Shown piece after piece: positions 8,611 to 16,943 of a stretch of 25,067 nucleotides of DNA. The DNA comes from a virus (taxonomy: Duplodnaviria > Caudoviricetes), in the IMG/VR virus record IMGVR_UViG_3300020403_000082, positions 1 to 25,067 of that record. One strand, given 5' to 3'. A model generated the notes under the pieces. It worked only from the letters and a program-made list of their open reading frames with translations. It made no database searches and was not told where the DNA came from. Made by a program: the position numbers and the translations under genes. How positions within the stretch are numbered: position 1 is the first letter of the stretch; every line of letters starts with the position of its first letter.

Positions 8611-8632
8611 TATTTATGTAAGCAGATAAGTA
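8611..8632. promoter_or_regulatory. Back-to-back late-type boxes for usg/terminase (minus) and HNH (plus)
   Basis: Minus ATAAATA (8617-8611)-TCTTT-ATG; plus ATAAGTA (8626-8632)-8 nt-ATG, a variant box with off spacing. Confidence 0.7.
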
Positions 8633-8640
8633 CAAGTACA

Positions 8641-9192
8641 ATGAGTGATACACTACTTCTTAACGCATGTGGCAACCCTATCAGTAGTTTCCCTGTTAGC
8701 ACCATAAGTTGGCAACGTGCAGTCAAACTATATTTCTTAAATAAAGTTGATATACTTGCATCCTATGAGGACAAGTATCTTAATAGTCCAAGTTTCAGTA
8801 TGCAAGTTCCTGCAGTAGTAATGACAAAATATTATTACAGACCAAAGTATAGCGTTGCGTTTAATCGTCAAACACTTGCACTACGTGACGAGTTCAACTG
8901 TCAATACTGTGGTGATAATTTTAGAATAGATGATTTAACTATTGATCATGTGTTACCCAGAAGTATTGGCGGTAAAAGCACATGGGACAATTGTGTAATC
9001 GCTTGTAAATCCTGCAATGTTGCAAAAGGAAGCAAGTTGCTCTCCCCCCGGCGGAAACCCGAAGCACCAGATTATTATCGTATGGCGGCTCTTCGGAGCC
9101 GTTTTCCATTTACAGTAAGGCATGCTAGTTGGTTAGACTATCTTCCAAACGGTCAATTAATTGATCCTGTTCCTCTAGCGCAGACTGCCTAA
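8641..9192 (+). CDS. HNH endonuclease (McrA/HNH_5-like)
   Basis: TLLLNA...ISWQRAV N-terminus, RDEFNCQYCG, LTIDHVLPRSIGGKSTWDNCVIACKSCNVAKG: intact HNH and two CxxC pairs. Confidence 0.92.
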   Translation: MSDTLLLNACGNPISSFPVSTISWQRAVKLYFLNKVDILASYEDKYLNSPSFSMQVPAVVMTKYYYRPKYSVAFNRQTLALRDEFNCQYCGDNFRIDDLTIDHVLPRSIGGKSTWDNCVIACKSCNVAKGSKLLSPRRKPEAPDYYRMAALRSRFPFTVRHASWLDYLPNGQLIDPVPLAQTA

Positions 9193-10162
9193 GTTCACAC
9201 ATGTTCATAAGATTATTAGCAAGTCTACGTGGATCTATGTCAAATGTTATAGGTGTGAATTCTTCTATGCGATCCTGTGTGCTTGATGCAGTAAAGTTTA
9301 CAACATCCTCAAAAACATCGAACCCCAGTTGTTTTAGTAACTGAGTTGTGCCATTGCCTATGTTAACAAATGGATGTTGTGCTAGTATAGGCTTAAAACT
9401 CTTCTCAGTTAAAAACTGCGTTTTAGCCCAGTATGTTTCCAGAACCACACTGTAGTCAGTTTCATCATACCAAGCAACATTGCCCACAGTATAAAAATCA
9501 GTGTTACGTTCCTCATTTTGTGTTGTGTCATTGGGCAAATTTAAGGGCAAGTTACGTGCGCACCATTGTTCAAACTTGGGTTCAAGTTTCTGTGTAAATT
9601 CACTGTCTATAAAATACTGTGGACGTAGTATACTCTCAATGGTTCTAGGCTGTCTACCATTGTCGTCTGTGTTAATTTGACCTAAGTAACTTATGTAGTT
9701 GTCAAGCCAACCATTACGCCATAGGTGTTGCAGGAATTGTATACGTTCACTTTTATGATTACGCATCATACATAAAAAGCGATTGCCCCTAGTAAACTTA
9801 GCAGGACGACTAGGTTGTATTAGATCCATGTGTAATCCATATTGGTAATGCCATGGAATAACAGTTTGTTTAGGATGCACACCTGCATATTCTGGGTCAG
9901 GTGTAATTAGTATTACACGCAAATCCATATCGTTCAGATGTTGTGCTAGTAAATTTCTTGCTGGATCCCACCAGCAATATATTATTAGTGTGCCTGAAAA
10001 GTATTGTTTTAGATGATGCAAGTAAGGCATGTCCATAGTATCACAATACCATACACCTGGCACATTGCCTATTCTATCTACTAGAAGTTTAAGAAATTTG
10101 CCCTGTGGAGTAGGTTTGTCCCAGTGCAAGTTACTAGGACTTAGTTCGTAACTGGGCCACAT
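9125..10162 (-). CDS. Putative glycosyltransferase-like protein (GT-B, GT10/fucosyltransferase-like C-terminus)
   Basis: FLCMMR...R, SVVLET...FLTEKSFKPILAQHPFVNIG...LKQLGFDVF resembles the ENS...YVTEK donor-binding motif of GT10. CDS solid, function tentative. Confidence 0.6.
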   Translation of the reverse strand: MWPSYELSPSNLHWDKPTPQGKFLKLLVDRIGNVPGVWYCDTMDMPYLHHLKQYFSGTLIIYCWWDPARNLLAQHLNDMDLRVILITPDPEYAGVHPKQTVIPWHYQYGLHMDLIQPSRPAKFTRGNRFLCMMRNHKSERIQFLQHLWRNGWLDNYISYLGQINTDDNGRQPRTIESILRPQYFIDSEFTQKLEPKFEQWCARNLPLNLPNDTTQNEERNTDFYTVGNVAWYDETDYSVVLETYWAKTQFLTEKSFKPILAQHPFVNIGNGTTQLLKQLGFDVFEDVVNFTASSTQDRIEEFTPITFDIDPRRLANNLMNMCELRQSALEEQDQLIDRLEDSLTN

Positions 10163-10898
10163 CTGCTAGAACTCCGTTTCCTGTTGTAAATTTGCCAGCG
10201 ATTCTAGGCAATCTTTTTGGTGTCTTCTCCGGCATGTAAATGTATTGCCTGCGCCAAGGGTGTGCATCTTGAAATATATGCAGTTCTGCTTTTGAACATA
10301 GATTATCTATTTCTGCATTGTTAAGTGCAAACATTGTTTTTGAAAATTCTGCGTGTTCCCTTGGGCTTGGATGTTTATCGCCAGGTAATGTTTCACGCCA
10401 TGTAGTTTCATTAGCGCCAGTGTATCCTAAAAACTCTGCCATACTGGGTTTAAAATACTGCTGTGTACAAAATACATCTTCATATTTTATATTGATGCGT
10501 TCCATACTAGTAAAGTAAAAGTCACAGCCTTTACTTGCAAGCATTTCTGCTACACTCCTAAAAAAACTTTGATTTTCTAATGCTATTTTGTCTTCATGCA
10601 AATATTTTACACGTTCTTTTGGTTGATATAGATATGCATTGCCAGGCATATCCCATCCTTGTTCATCATTGTAATCACTGATACGATGCGGCTGACTCCA
10701 CATTATACAAACAATATCAGAGTCAGTGATATTATCTAAACATTCCACTACACTGTGAAATATAAAATCATTACTACCGCCTGGTAGTCCCCAGTTTTGA
10801 TAGTTCTCTGCTAGTCCACCTACATGTAAATAGTCTGCCCACGTGGGCCATTTGTATTGGGTAAAACTACAGCCAAAAGTGTATAGTGTTGAATACAT
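10134..10898 (-). CDS. SGNH/GDSL hydrolase-like protein
   Basis: Block I-like TFGCSFT, block II-like NWGLPGGSN, IVCIMWS strand, block V-like DKHP. Confidence 0.65.
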   Translation of the reverse strand: MYSTLYTFGCSFTQYKWPTWADYLHVGGLAENYQNWGLPGGSNDFIFHSVVECLDNITDSDIVCIMWSQPHRISDYNDEQGWDMPGNAYLYQPKERVKYLHEDKIALENQSFFRSVAEMLASKGCDFYFTSMERINIKYEDVFCTQQYFKPSMAEFLGYTGANETTWRETLPGDKHPSPREHAEFSKTMFALNNAEIDNLCSKAELHIFQDAHPWRRQYIYMPEKTPKRLPRIAGKFTTGNGVLADVAQLRTKS

Positions 10899-10909
10899 AA
10901 TTCATCCAT

Positions 10910-10944
10910 AAAAAAAGCGACTACTTGTATATAGCCGCTTTTTT
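10910..10944 (-). terminator. Rho-independent terminator, potentially bidirectional
   Basis: Minus AAAAAA-GCGGCTAT-loop-GTAGTCGC-TTTTTTT (G:U pairs), 14 nt after the acidic gene stop; A/T tracts on both sides. Confidence 0.8.
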
Positions 10945-10958
10945 GAGGTGAAAGAAAA

Positions 10959-11495
10959 TTAGTCTTCTTTAATTTCTGCTTCTTCTAAAAAATCTTTGTA
11001 ACTTTTATAAAGTGCATTTTCTAGTTCTGCAATACCCTGTACTTCAGATGCTTCCTCTATCTCAGTAGGCTCCTGATTCATTGGATTGTCGCCACCTGCT
11101 GCCGCTGCAAAAGCCTTCTTAGGACCATTTAGTCCACCACTTAGTCCTACAAGTTGCTCTTCAGAATCCATATATTCCTCTTCTGGCTCATTAGCATATT
11201 CTTGTACTGGTTTGTATCCATCAAAACCTGCTAGTTGCATAATAGCATTAAGTTCTTCTAGAGGAATCTCAATAGTTTCTTCAACTTCTTCCTCAGGAAG
11301 TTCTTCAATCTCTTCTGCCATTTCAAGATCATCTTCTTCAGCAAATTCTTCCTCTGCTACTTCTTCTTCAGCAACAGGCTCTTCAATTTCTTCAATCTGT
11401 TCTTCTTCAATCGCAATGTCTTCTTGCTGAACATCTTGTTCAGCGAGTTCCGCCGCGATATTGTCTAGTTTACTTCTTAGTTCAGCAATATCCAT
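10959..11495 (-). CDS. Very acidic hypothetical protein (178 aa), probable prohead core/scaffold-type protein
   Basis: Glu-dominated sequence with repeated IEE/VAE/LAE sites; motif YANEPEEEY...GGLNGPK...GDNPM; SD AAGGAG; last gene of a late operon. Confidence 0.7.
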   Translation of the reverse strand: MDIAELRSKLDNIAAELAEQDVQQEDIAIEEEQIEEIEEPVAEEEVAEEEFAEEDDLEMAEEIEELPEEEVEETIEIPLEELNAIMQLAGFDGYKPVQEYANEPEEEYMDSEEQLVGLSGGLNGPKKAFAAAAGGDNPMNQEPTEIEEASEVQGIAELENALYKSYKDFLEEAEIKED

Positions 11496-11510
11496 TACTT
11501 GTCTCCTTTT

Positions 11511-13016
11511 TTATAGGTCGTCTATATTAACATCAGGTAGTCTACCTGCTTTATCAAGTGCTGCTAGTTGTCTAGCATTTTGTTGATTCCGTTGTTTTAT
11601 CAGTTCATTATATTCTGCAGGAGTTTTACCAGGGCCAAACATGCGCTGTGCTCTTGCTAGGTTTCGTGCTTGCTGTAATTTTGCAGTTGCTGCATCTGCC
11701 TCTGCACCTGTAACTTGTCGTCCGCCTCTTGTTACAACTCTTGTTGCAGGGCCTTGTCCTGGTATAGTGCCACGTTCTGGTGATACACTAGCAGTTCTTG
11801 TTGTTGCCGCAGGTTGTTGATCATCACCTCGTCTCGCACTTTGTGTTGGTGCCGCTGCAGGTGCAGTGCGTCTATTTCTCCTAGATCCTCTAGGTAACGG
11901 TTCGCCTGGTTGTCTTGCAGTATCTGTACGTGATATTGATCCATCTGCCGCGGTTGCAAAATTACTACCGGGTGCATTTGGTCCGGCTGCTGGCTTTGGT
12001 GCTCTACGACCACCAACAGGGATTGGTTTTGCGGCGTCTGGTGCTTGTGCTACTGCTGTTGGTGGTTTTTGTCCTCTTCCTCTTCCAGGACTAGGTTTTC
12101 TATCACCACCGCTAAAGAAGTCTTTTATGCCTGCACCAATTCTTGATAGTAGACCTGGCTTTTCACTTCCTGCTTGTGCAGTTTGTGTAGGCTCTGCTCT
12201 ACGATTTCTCGGTGCATTTCTACCTCTACTTCCTCTTGTACCATCATCAGGAGCCTTTGCTACCTGTGTAGGGGCAGGTGCTGGTGCTTGAGGAGCAGAT
12301 GCTGCTTGTGCCGCTGTTCTACCGCCCTGACTGCTTGCACGATTTGCCTGTGATTTTGCTTGTGCCGCAGCCATTGCTTTTCTAGTGTTAGGACCCATAA
12401 TACCATCTGCTTTAATATCGAAACCCTGTGCTTGCAGTTTTTTCTGCAATGCCATTGTCTTATCAAAGTCTTTAGTATTTGCCGCTGTTGCTTTAACTTT
12501 TGCTCTAGGAGCCGCTGGTCTTGATGGTGGCGCCGCTGGTGCTGGTGCTTTTGCTATTGCTTGTGTACCTCTTGCACTTGCCTGATCTGCTGGCATAGGT
12601 GCTGGATTTGCTACTGCTTTAGCTGCTCTTGCTAATGCTGCTTGTTGTGGATTAACTGGATTTGCTCTACGTGGACCGCCTGCAGGAACATTAGGATTAA
12701 TTTTTGGCTTTGGTGCTGGCTTTGGTGCCGCAGGTTTTGCTTGTGCGGCTTGTGCCTTTTGTATATTTGCTCTACTCTGATTCGGATCTGCTACACCCTG
12801 TCTACCAGGAAGTTTAATTGCACTTATCATATCACCAAAACTTTTATACGCAGGGCCTCCCTGTGTCTTTGCTTGGTTTGCTTTCTTTATTGCTGCATTT
12901 GCTGCTGGATTGGTACCCTGTCTTGTACCGGGTCCATCCTGTCTACCCCTAGGAGGCTCTTCATTTAGAACCTTATTTTCGTTAATAATTTGCAGTTTAT
13001 CTAGAAGATCACGCAT
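11511..13016 (-). CDS. Pro/Ala/Arg-rich low-complexity protein with a peptidoglycan-binding (PG_binding_1-like) motif; start corrected to ATG 13016
   Basis: MALQKKLQAQGFDIKADGIMGPNTRKAM is the classic LQxxL...DGxxGPxTxxA motif; N-terminus MRDLLDKLQIINE..LNE; ATG overlaps the end of the upstream gene. Confidence 0.75.
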   Translation of the reverse strand: MRDLLDKLQIINENKVLNEEPPRGRQDGPGTRQGTNPAANAAIKKANQAKTQGGPAYKSFGDMISAIKLPGRQGVADPNQSRANIQKAQAAQAKPAAPKPAPKPKINPNVPAGGPRRANPVNPQQAALARAAKAVANPAPMPADQASARGTQAIAKAPAPAAPPSRPAAPRAKVKATAANTKDFDKTMALQKKLQAQGFDIKADGIMGPNTRKAMAAAQAKSQANRASSQGGRTAAQAASAPQAPAPAPTQVAKAPDDGTRGSRGRNAPRNRRAEPTQTAQAGSEKPGLLSRIGAGIKDFFSGGDRKPSPGRGRGQKPPTAVAQAPDAAKPIPVGGRRAPKPAAGPNAPGSNFATAADGSISRTDTARQPGEPLPRGSRRNRRTAPAAAPTQSARRGDDQQPAATTRTASVSPERGTIPGQGPATRVVTRGGRQVTGAEADAATAKLQQARNLARAQRMFGPGKTPAEYNELIKQRNQQNARQLAALDKAGRLPDVNIDDL

Positions 13017-13524
13017 CAGTTTTTCCTTTTGCAGCATATTCATACTTGCGAGTCTCTAGTCCTTTAAGCATGTTTTCGTTGTATTTGTCACCGAATAGTT
13101 CTTCTTGTTTAACTTTAGGCGCATCTTTATATTCACCATCATCTAGTCTACTTTCGTAAGTATCGCCTTCTTCTTTTATGGCTTCTTCGCGGGCAATCTC
13201 TTCTGGATGATCCTGGTTAATGACTACTAGATGACTTGCAGGTACACCAACAACCTGAGTAATATATTCATATAGTACATGTGCAGAAACTGGATATTGT
13301 AATTCTGTGTCCATTATAAACACTTCTGCATTATTCAATGTTTGAAAGTCCATTGGATGTTCCTGGATAGGAGTCTTTTTAGGCTTACTCATGCTCTTCA
13401 TATCATATTTCTGAAGTGCAGTTTCCAGTTTATCCATTGTTTCATCATCGCATTTTTCAGCCATTTTAATGCGAAATTTGTATGATTGTTCGTTTTCTAC
13501 CAGGTAACTTTTAAAACTTTTCAT
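13009..13524 (-). CDS. Hypothetical virion protein (171 aa) with capsid-targeting-like N-terminus
   Basis: Starts MKSFKSYLVE, resembling the T4 internal-protein capsid targeting sequence MKTYQEFIAE; late box and SD AAGGA upstream. Confidence 0.7.
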   Translation of the reverse strand: MKSFKSYLVENEQSYKFRIKMAEKCDDETMDKLETALQKYDMKSMSKPKKTPIQEHPMDFQTLNNAEVFIMDTELQYPVSAHVLYEYITQVVGVPASHLVVINQDHPEEIAREEAIKEEGDTYESRLDDGEYKDAPKVKQEELFGDKYNENMLKGLETRKYEYAAKGKTDA

Positions 13525-13549
13525 TGGTGTATTCCTTGTTGTAATAGTG

Positions 13550-13556
13550 TATTTAT
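13550..13556 (-). promoter_or_regulatory. Late promoter box with SD-containing leader
   Basis: AATAAATA-CACTATTACAAC-AAGGA-ATACACCA-ATG. Confidence 0.75.
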
Positions 13557-14068
13557 TACTTTTCGTTACTATTCCTGCCTAGTATTTCCATTAGAAGTTG
13601 GTTACGATCCACTGCATGACCATCGCCATCTTCAGTATCTTCACCTCTTGCTGCCGCTTCTCGTGCTAATCTTGCGTCCAGTGTTGCTTTTTTAAGTTGT
13701 AAATCCACTATACGTAACTTTTTGTTAATTTTAGCATTCTTTGCACTGAGTGCAGTGTCAAGCATGCGACTTGCGTTGTTGAATATTTCACCACTAAAAC
13801 GTGCTTCAACATTCATGCCCAAGTCCATAAGATCCTTAAATGTGTCTTGTGCCAGTTGTGCAATGTCATCCATTTCCTGATCACTTGTTCCTAGTTCCTT
13901 TACACTAGGTAGTGCGGCATCAATTTTATCTACACTACTAAGAGCAGTTTGTATTTCAGGAATGTCTTTTGCAGTAACAGTATCTACTACTGCACTGTTT
14001 TCTTCTTCAGTAAGATCTACTTCGTTAGTATCAGGTAAATCAAATAGTTGTTCTAGTTTTTTTGTCAT
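13556..14068 (-). CDS. Probable terminase small subunit (T4 gp16-like)
   Basis: 170-aa helical protein; EMDDIAQLAQDTFKDLMDLG...RFSGEIF...ASRMLDTAL...VDLQLKK...DRNQLL parallels the gp16 two-helix core and C-terminal motif; late box upstream. Confidence 0.6.
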   Translation of the reverse strand: MTKKLEQLFDLPDTNEVDLTEEENSAVVDTVTAKDIPEIQTALSSVDKIDAALPSVKELGTSDQEMDDIAQLAQDTFKDLMDLGMNVEARFSGEIFNNASRMLDTALSAKNAKINKKLRIVDLQLKKATLDARLAREAAARGEDTEDGDGHAVDRNQLLMEILGRNSNEK

Positions 14069-14073
14069 ACTAA

Positions 14074-14080
14074 TAGTTAT
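14074..14080 (-). promoter_or_regulatory. Late-type promoter box variant, predicted leaderless
   Basis: GATAACTA-TTAGT-ATG, same 5-nt spacing as the other boxes, in a 14-nt intergenic gap. Confidence 0.65.
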
Positions 14081-14082
14081 CC

Positions 14083-14523
14083 CTAGCGTTTACCGTTGTG
14101 AAAAATATCGTCCTCTGTGACTACACGAAAACGCAAACCGTTATGCTTTGCCCACTTAGCGGCCGCTTCCCATTTAGCATGGTTGAGTGCAATGGCAAGT
14201 TTTTCCTTTTCGCGAGTCTTTTCAGTAAGCATAGTTTGGGACTTTGGTTTTATTTCTATAAGTTCAGCATGTTTTTTGCCTCTCTTATCTTGATACACAA
14301 CTACAAAGTCTGGAACGTATATTGTTCCTTTTCCTGTAAGAGGATTACGGTAGGGTATTTGTATACACTCACTTGCCCAACTTATTACTGCAGGATTGTT
14401 ATCACAGAATCGCATAAATGCATGCTCCCATCCACTACGATAGCGTGGTGCTTTATTTCCTGTGTACTTTTCAGCATTGTTTATAGCATATACACCATTT
14501 GCATATTTGTTGCGACTAAACAT
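14083..14523 (-). CDS. gp4: Head completion nuclease (T4 gp4-like, TnsA-type PD-(D/E)xK fold)
   Basis: KYTG...YRSGWE..FM.FCDNNP....WASE...IPY...YVPDF...LIEIKPKSQT...NHAKWEAA...FRVVTE. Confidence 0.9.
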   Translation of the reverse strand: MFSRNKYANGVYAINNAEKYTGNKAPRYRSGWEHAFMRFCDNNPAVISWASECIQIPYRNPLTGKGTIYVPDFVVVYQDKRGKKHAELIEIKPKSQTMLTEKTREKEKLAIALNHAKWEAAAKWAKHNGLRFRVVTEDDIFHNGKR

Positions 14524-14979
14524 TTACGCCTCCACTTGGCGTGCTATATTCTCGTTGGGTGTAATATTAGTCTCGTAACCCAATAAACTACGGCTATCAC
14601 GACTAAGGTTTAGAAATGTTGGGACTGCACTTTTAAGATCGCCAGTTTGTTCAAATTCTTTAAGTATGTCTAGGATATAGATATTCATTTCATTAGCGGC
14701 TTGTATTACTGCCGCAGTCAATGCCGCAGCCGCCGCTTCAGTAGTTGTACGATTCTTAAAAAACGCTTTTGCGGCTTCATATTCTTGATCAGTCATTTTA
14801 ATAGGATCATTGAAATAGTTTACAAAATAATCCTGTACACGTTGATCAAAATTATCTGCTGGATTTATTAGTGGTAAATTTGTAGTCTGTCCAGTGTTAG
14901 TGCTTGTTAAACCACCACTTGAACTTCCCATACTTGAACCACCGCCGCCTGAAGAGCCGCCACCGCTTCCGTAACTCAT
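14524..14979 (-). CDS. Hypothetical protein (151 aa) with Gly/Ser-rich N-terminal extension
   Basis: Coupled on both sides (ATGA overlap upstream, TAAATG downstream) within the tail operon. Confidence 0.75.
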   Translation of the reverse strand: MSYGSGGGSSGGGGSSMGSSSGGLTSTNTGQTTNLPLINPADNFDQRVQDYFVNYFNDPIKMTDQEYEAAKAFFKNRTTTEAAAAALTAAVIQAANEMNIYILDILKEFEQTGDLKSAVPTFLNLSRDSRSLLGYETNITPNENIARQVEA

Positions 14980-16220
14980 GTGCTTCTCCTACTGTTAAGT
15001 AATTTGGCCTGCTTGGGCGCATTAATAGTATCACTAATCTTAGGAGCATTCGCTATACTACCGTTTCCTGCAGGATATTTAAATGCAAAGCCTGCATCAT
15101 ATGATACATTTGTTGGTGTACGACTATATGTTGTATTAGCAATACTATTTCCTTGACTAGTAATTACTGTGCTTGTACTACCACCGCCTATGTTAGTACC
15201 CTCAATAGCTCTTGCAATACCCTCAACTAATCCTCCACTAAACTTGTTAGCAGCTGATTCTACTATACCAGTGACTGGTACAAGAATGTTTTCTGTTGGG
15301 CGTTTACCAGTAAGCAAGTTATTTGCAAATATACCCAGCGTATCTGATATAATATTATCACCAGTTAAACGTGCTTGGTCGTATATTACTTCTGCATCTT
15401 TGATAACACCAATTAGATTACCCTGGAACAGATCTTTACTTTGTTGCCCTGTAACATCCTGCGTTGCTCCATTTATAAAGACTTCGTTTTGCGGGTTGCC
15501 TGTGCTTAAATCACTTACTTGTGTATCATAATGTATGTCACCAAAGCCACGTGGATTAACGTTGTTAACAAATCCAGTTGCATACTTGACAGTTTCATAT
15601 AAAACACTCATTCTGTGTTCCATAAGATTATTACTCTCATACGCATGACTATCATGGCTGAAACTCTGTATAATTGGGTTGATTAGTGTATACTCTGCAA
15701 ACTTATGGTTGTGCATACTATAAATTTTTATGCTCTTAAAGAAACGTTTGTTGCCTCTTTGTAGTCCCCACTGTTGCTGTACACGATTACTGTATTTGTC
15801 ATAGGGTGTATAACTGTTACTATCCAGATCATATGTAGGATCAGCATTATAAAAAATATAATACTTGTGCCACATGTTGCGGATTAGTTCTTTTGCATCA
15901 TCGTGAAAACGTATATTGACTGGATCATAGCCTATACTATGCTGACTGTGTACTTTTCTGTTGTATTGATTATGAGTAGTGACTTCTATATTATAGCCTG
16001 GCAAATCACAACTTTTTACTAGAATTGGAATCTCTAATTGTTCTACGCTGTTAAAGAGTGTGACTGCTTCAGCAGTAAATTCGAATACAACATGAAAGAG
16101 ATTACCATAACGTGGTTGTAACTCATAGTTGTTGTCAACAAAAGTGCGTGACGCATGTTTATAGTCACGCACTTCTCTACCTGCTGCCATAGGCTTTAAA
16201 TTAGGATTTACACTAGCCAT
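14976..16220 (-). CDS. Tail-tube-like baseplate protein (gp54/gp48/gp19 fold family)
   Basis: PRYGNLFHV.F...VKSCDLPGYNIE...YNRK...YDPVNIRFHDD...W...YTLINPII...MSVLYE follows the tube-protein pattern; directly after gp19; SD AGGAG. Confidence 0.7.
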   Translation of the reverse strand: MASVNPNLKPMAAGREVRDYKHASRTFVDNNYELQPRYGNLFHVVFEFTAEAVTLFNSVEQLEIPILVKSCDLPGYNIEVTTHNQYNRKVHSQHSIGYDPVNIRFHDDAKELIRNMWHKYYIFYNADPTYDLDSNSYTPYDKYSNRVQQQWGLQRGNKRFFKSIKIYSMHNHKFAEYTLINPIIQSFSHDSHAYESNNLMEHRMSVLYETVKYATGFVNNVNPRGFGDIHYDTQVSDLSTGNPQNEVFINGATQDVTGQQSKDLFQGNLIGVIKDAEVIYDQARLTGDNIISDTLGIFANNLLTGKRPTENILVPVTGIVESAANKFSGGLVEGIARAIEGTNIGGGSTSTVITSQGNSIANTTYSRTPTNVSYDAGFAFKYPAGNGSIANAPKISDTINAPKQAKLLNSRRST

Positions 16221-16232
16221 GGAATACTCCTA

Positions 16233-16850
16233 TTAGCCAGTAATAGTTTGACCTAGTGTTCTCGCTACGGTTGAACCAATACCATCACCTAGTGGTGTTT
16301 GTACTGCATTGTCAAATCTTAGTGACATTGTAATTGTTGCTGGTTCCTGTGTTGCATAGTTGAGATCACCATAGTTGATGTTCTGAATAAAGCAACCATA
16401 TAGTTCCCAAGTTTCTAACACACTCGGTGCATTCGCTCCGTTACCACCGTCTAATACTTCAAAACGTGTGATAAACTTATAATCGATGCCTGAACTTGCA
16501 CTGCTCTGTTCCATCATATCAAACTGTTTCTGGACTTGCTCTCCACACAACTTAGTAACACCACCATTGACATCGTCACGCAAGTTGACTGTAACCATTT
16601 CCCATGCATGCTTGCCTACTAGATATACACGGCTATTGTACACAGGAATCTCAAATTCCTCAAATGTAACACTAGGACGGGTAATATCCATAATTTGTTT
16701 TGTCATTTCAGTACGTGGTGTACTAATGCCGAAGTTCTCAAAACTTGCACGGAAGCGATATTTGAGTTTTGGCATAAGCAAGCCTTGGCTGGCTGCACTC
16801 TGATCACCGTCAATAGGTACTGTAAACTTTGTTAATGATGAAACTGACAT
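16233..16850 (-). CDS. gp19: Tail tube protein (T4 gp19-like)
   Basis: PKLKYRFR...RPSVTFEE..IPVYNSRVYLVGKHAWE.VTVNLRDD...WELYGCFIQNINYGDLNY...ITMSLRFD; follows sheath; late box plus SD. Confidence 0.9.
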   Translation of the reverse strand: MSVSSLTKFTVPIDGDQSAASQGLLMPKLKYRFRASFENFGISTPRTEMTKQIMDITRPSVTFEEFEIPVYNSRVYLVGKHAWEMVTVNLRDDVNGGVTKLCGEQVQKQFDMMEQSSASSGIDYKFITRFEVLDGGNGANAPSVLETWELYGCFIQNINYGDLNYATQEPATITMSLRFDNAVQTPLGDGIGSTVARTLGQTITG

Positions 16851-16879
16851 GTCGTTTCGCTCCTATATAATTATAAAAG

Positions 16880-16886
16880 TATTTAT
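16880..16886 (-). promoter_or_regulatory. Late promoter box for tail tube operon
   Basis: GATAAATA 29 nt upstream of ATG, leader with TAGGAG. Confidence 0.8.
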
Positions 16887-16900
16887 CTTATTTCAGTCAT

Positions 16901-16930
16901 AAAAAAGGAGGGCAAAATCTGCCCCCCTTT
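16901..16930 (-). terminator. Rho-independent terminator after tail sheath
   Basis: Minus AAAGGGGGGCA-GATTT-TGCCCTCCTTT-TTT. Confidence 0.85.
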
Positions 16931-16943
16931 TCCCCTTTTTTCT

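Noticed and set aside
8641-9192. HNH as an HK97 gp74-type terminase cofactor
   Set aside because: That role belongs to cos-packaging phages; this terminase is T4 headful type and the HNH is on the opposite strand.
11086-12968. Long Ser- or Gly/Ala-rich plus-strand ORFs and alternate-frame ORFs
   Set aside because: Expected shadows of low-complexity minus-strand genes; no promoters, SDs or motifs.
13527-13553. Second RBS-occluding hairpin upstream of the 13524 gene
   Set aside because: AATACAC occurs twice as a direct, not inverted, repeat, so no stem forms.
14083-14523. TnsA-like nuclease as evidence of a Tn7 transposon
   Set aside because: Matches T4 gp4 in structural context; no tnsB/C or transposon ends.
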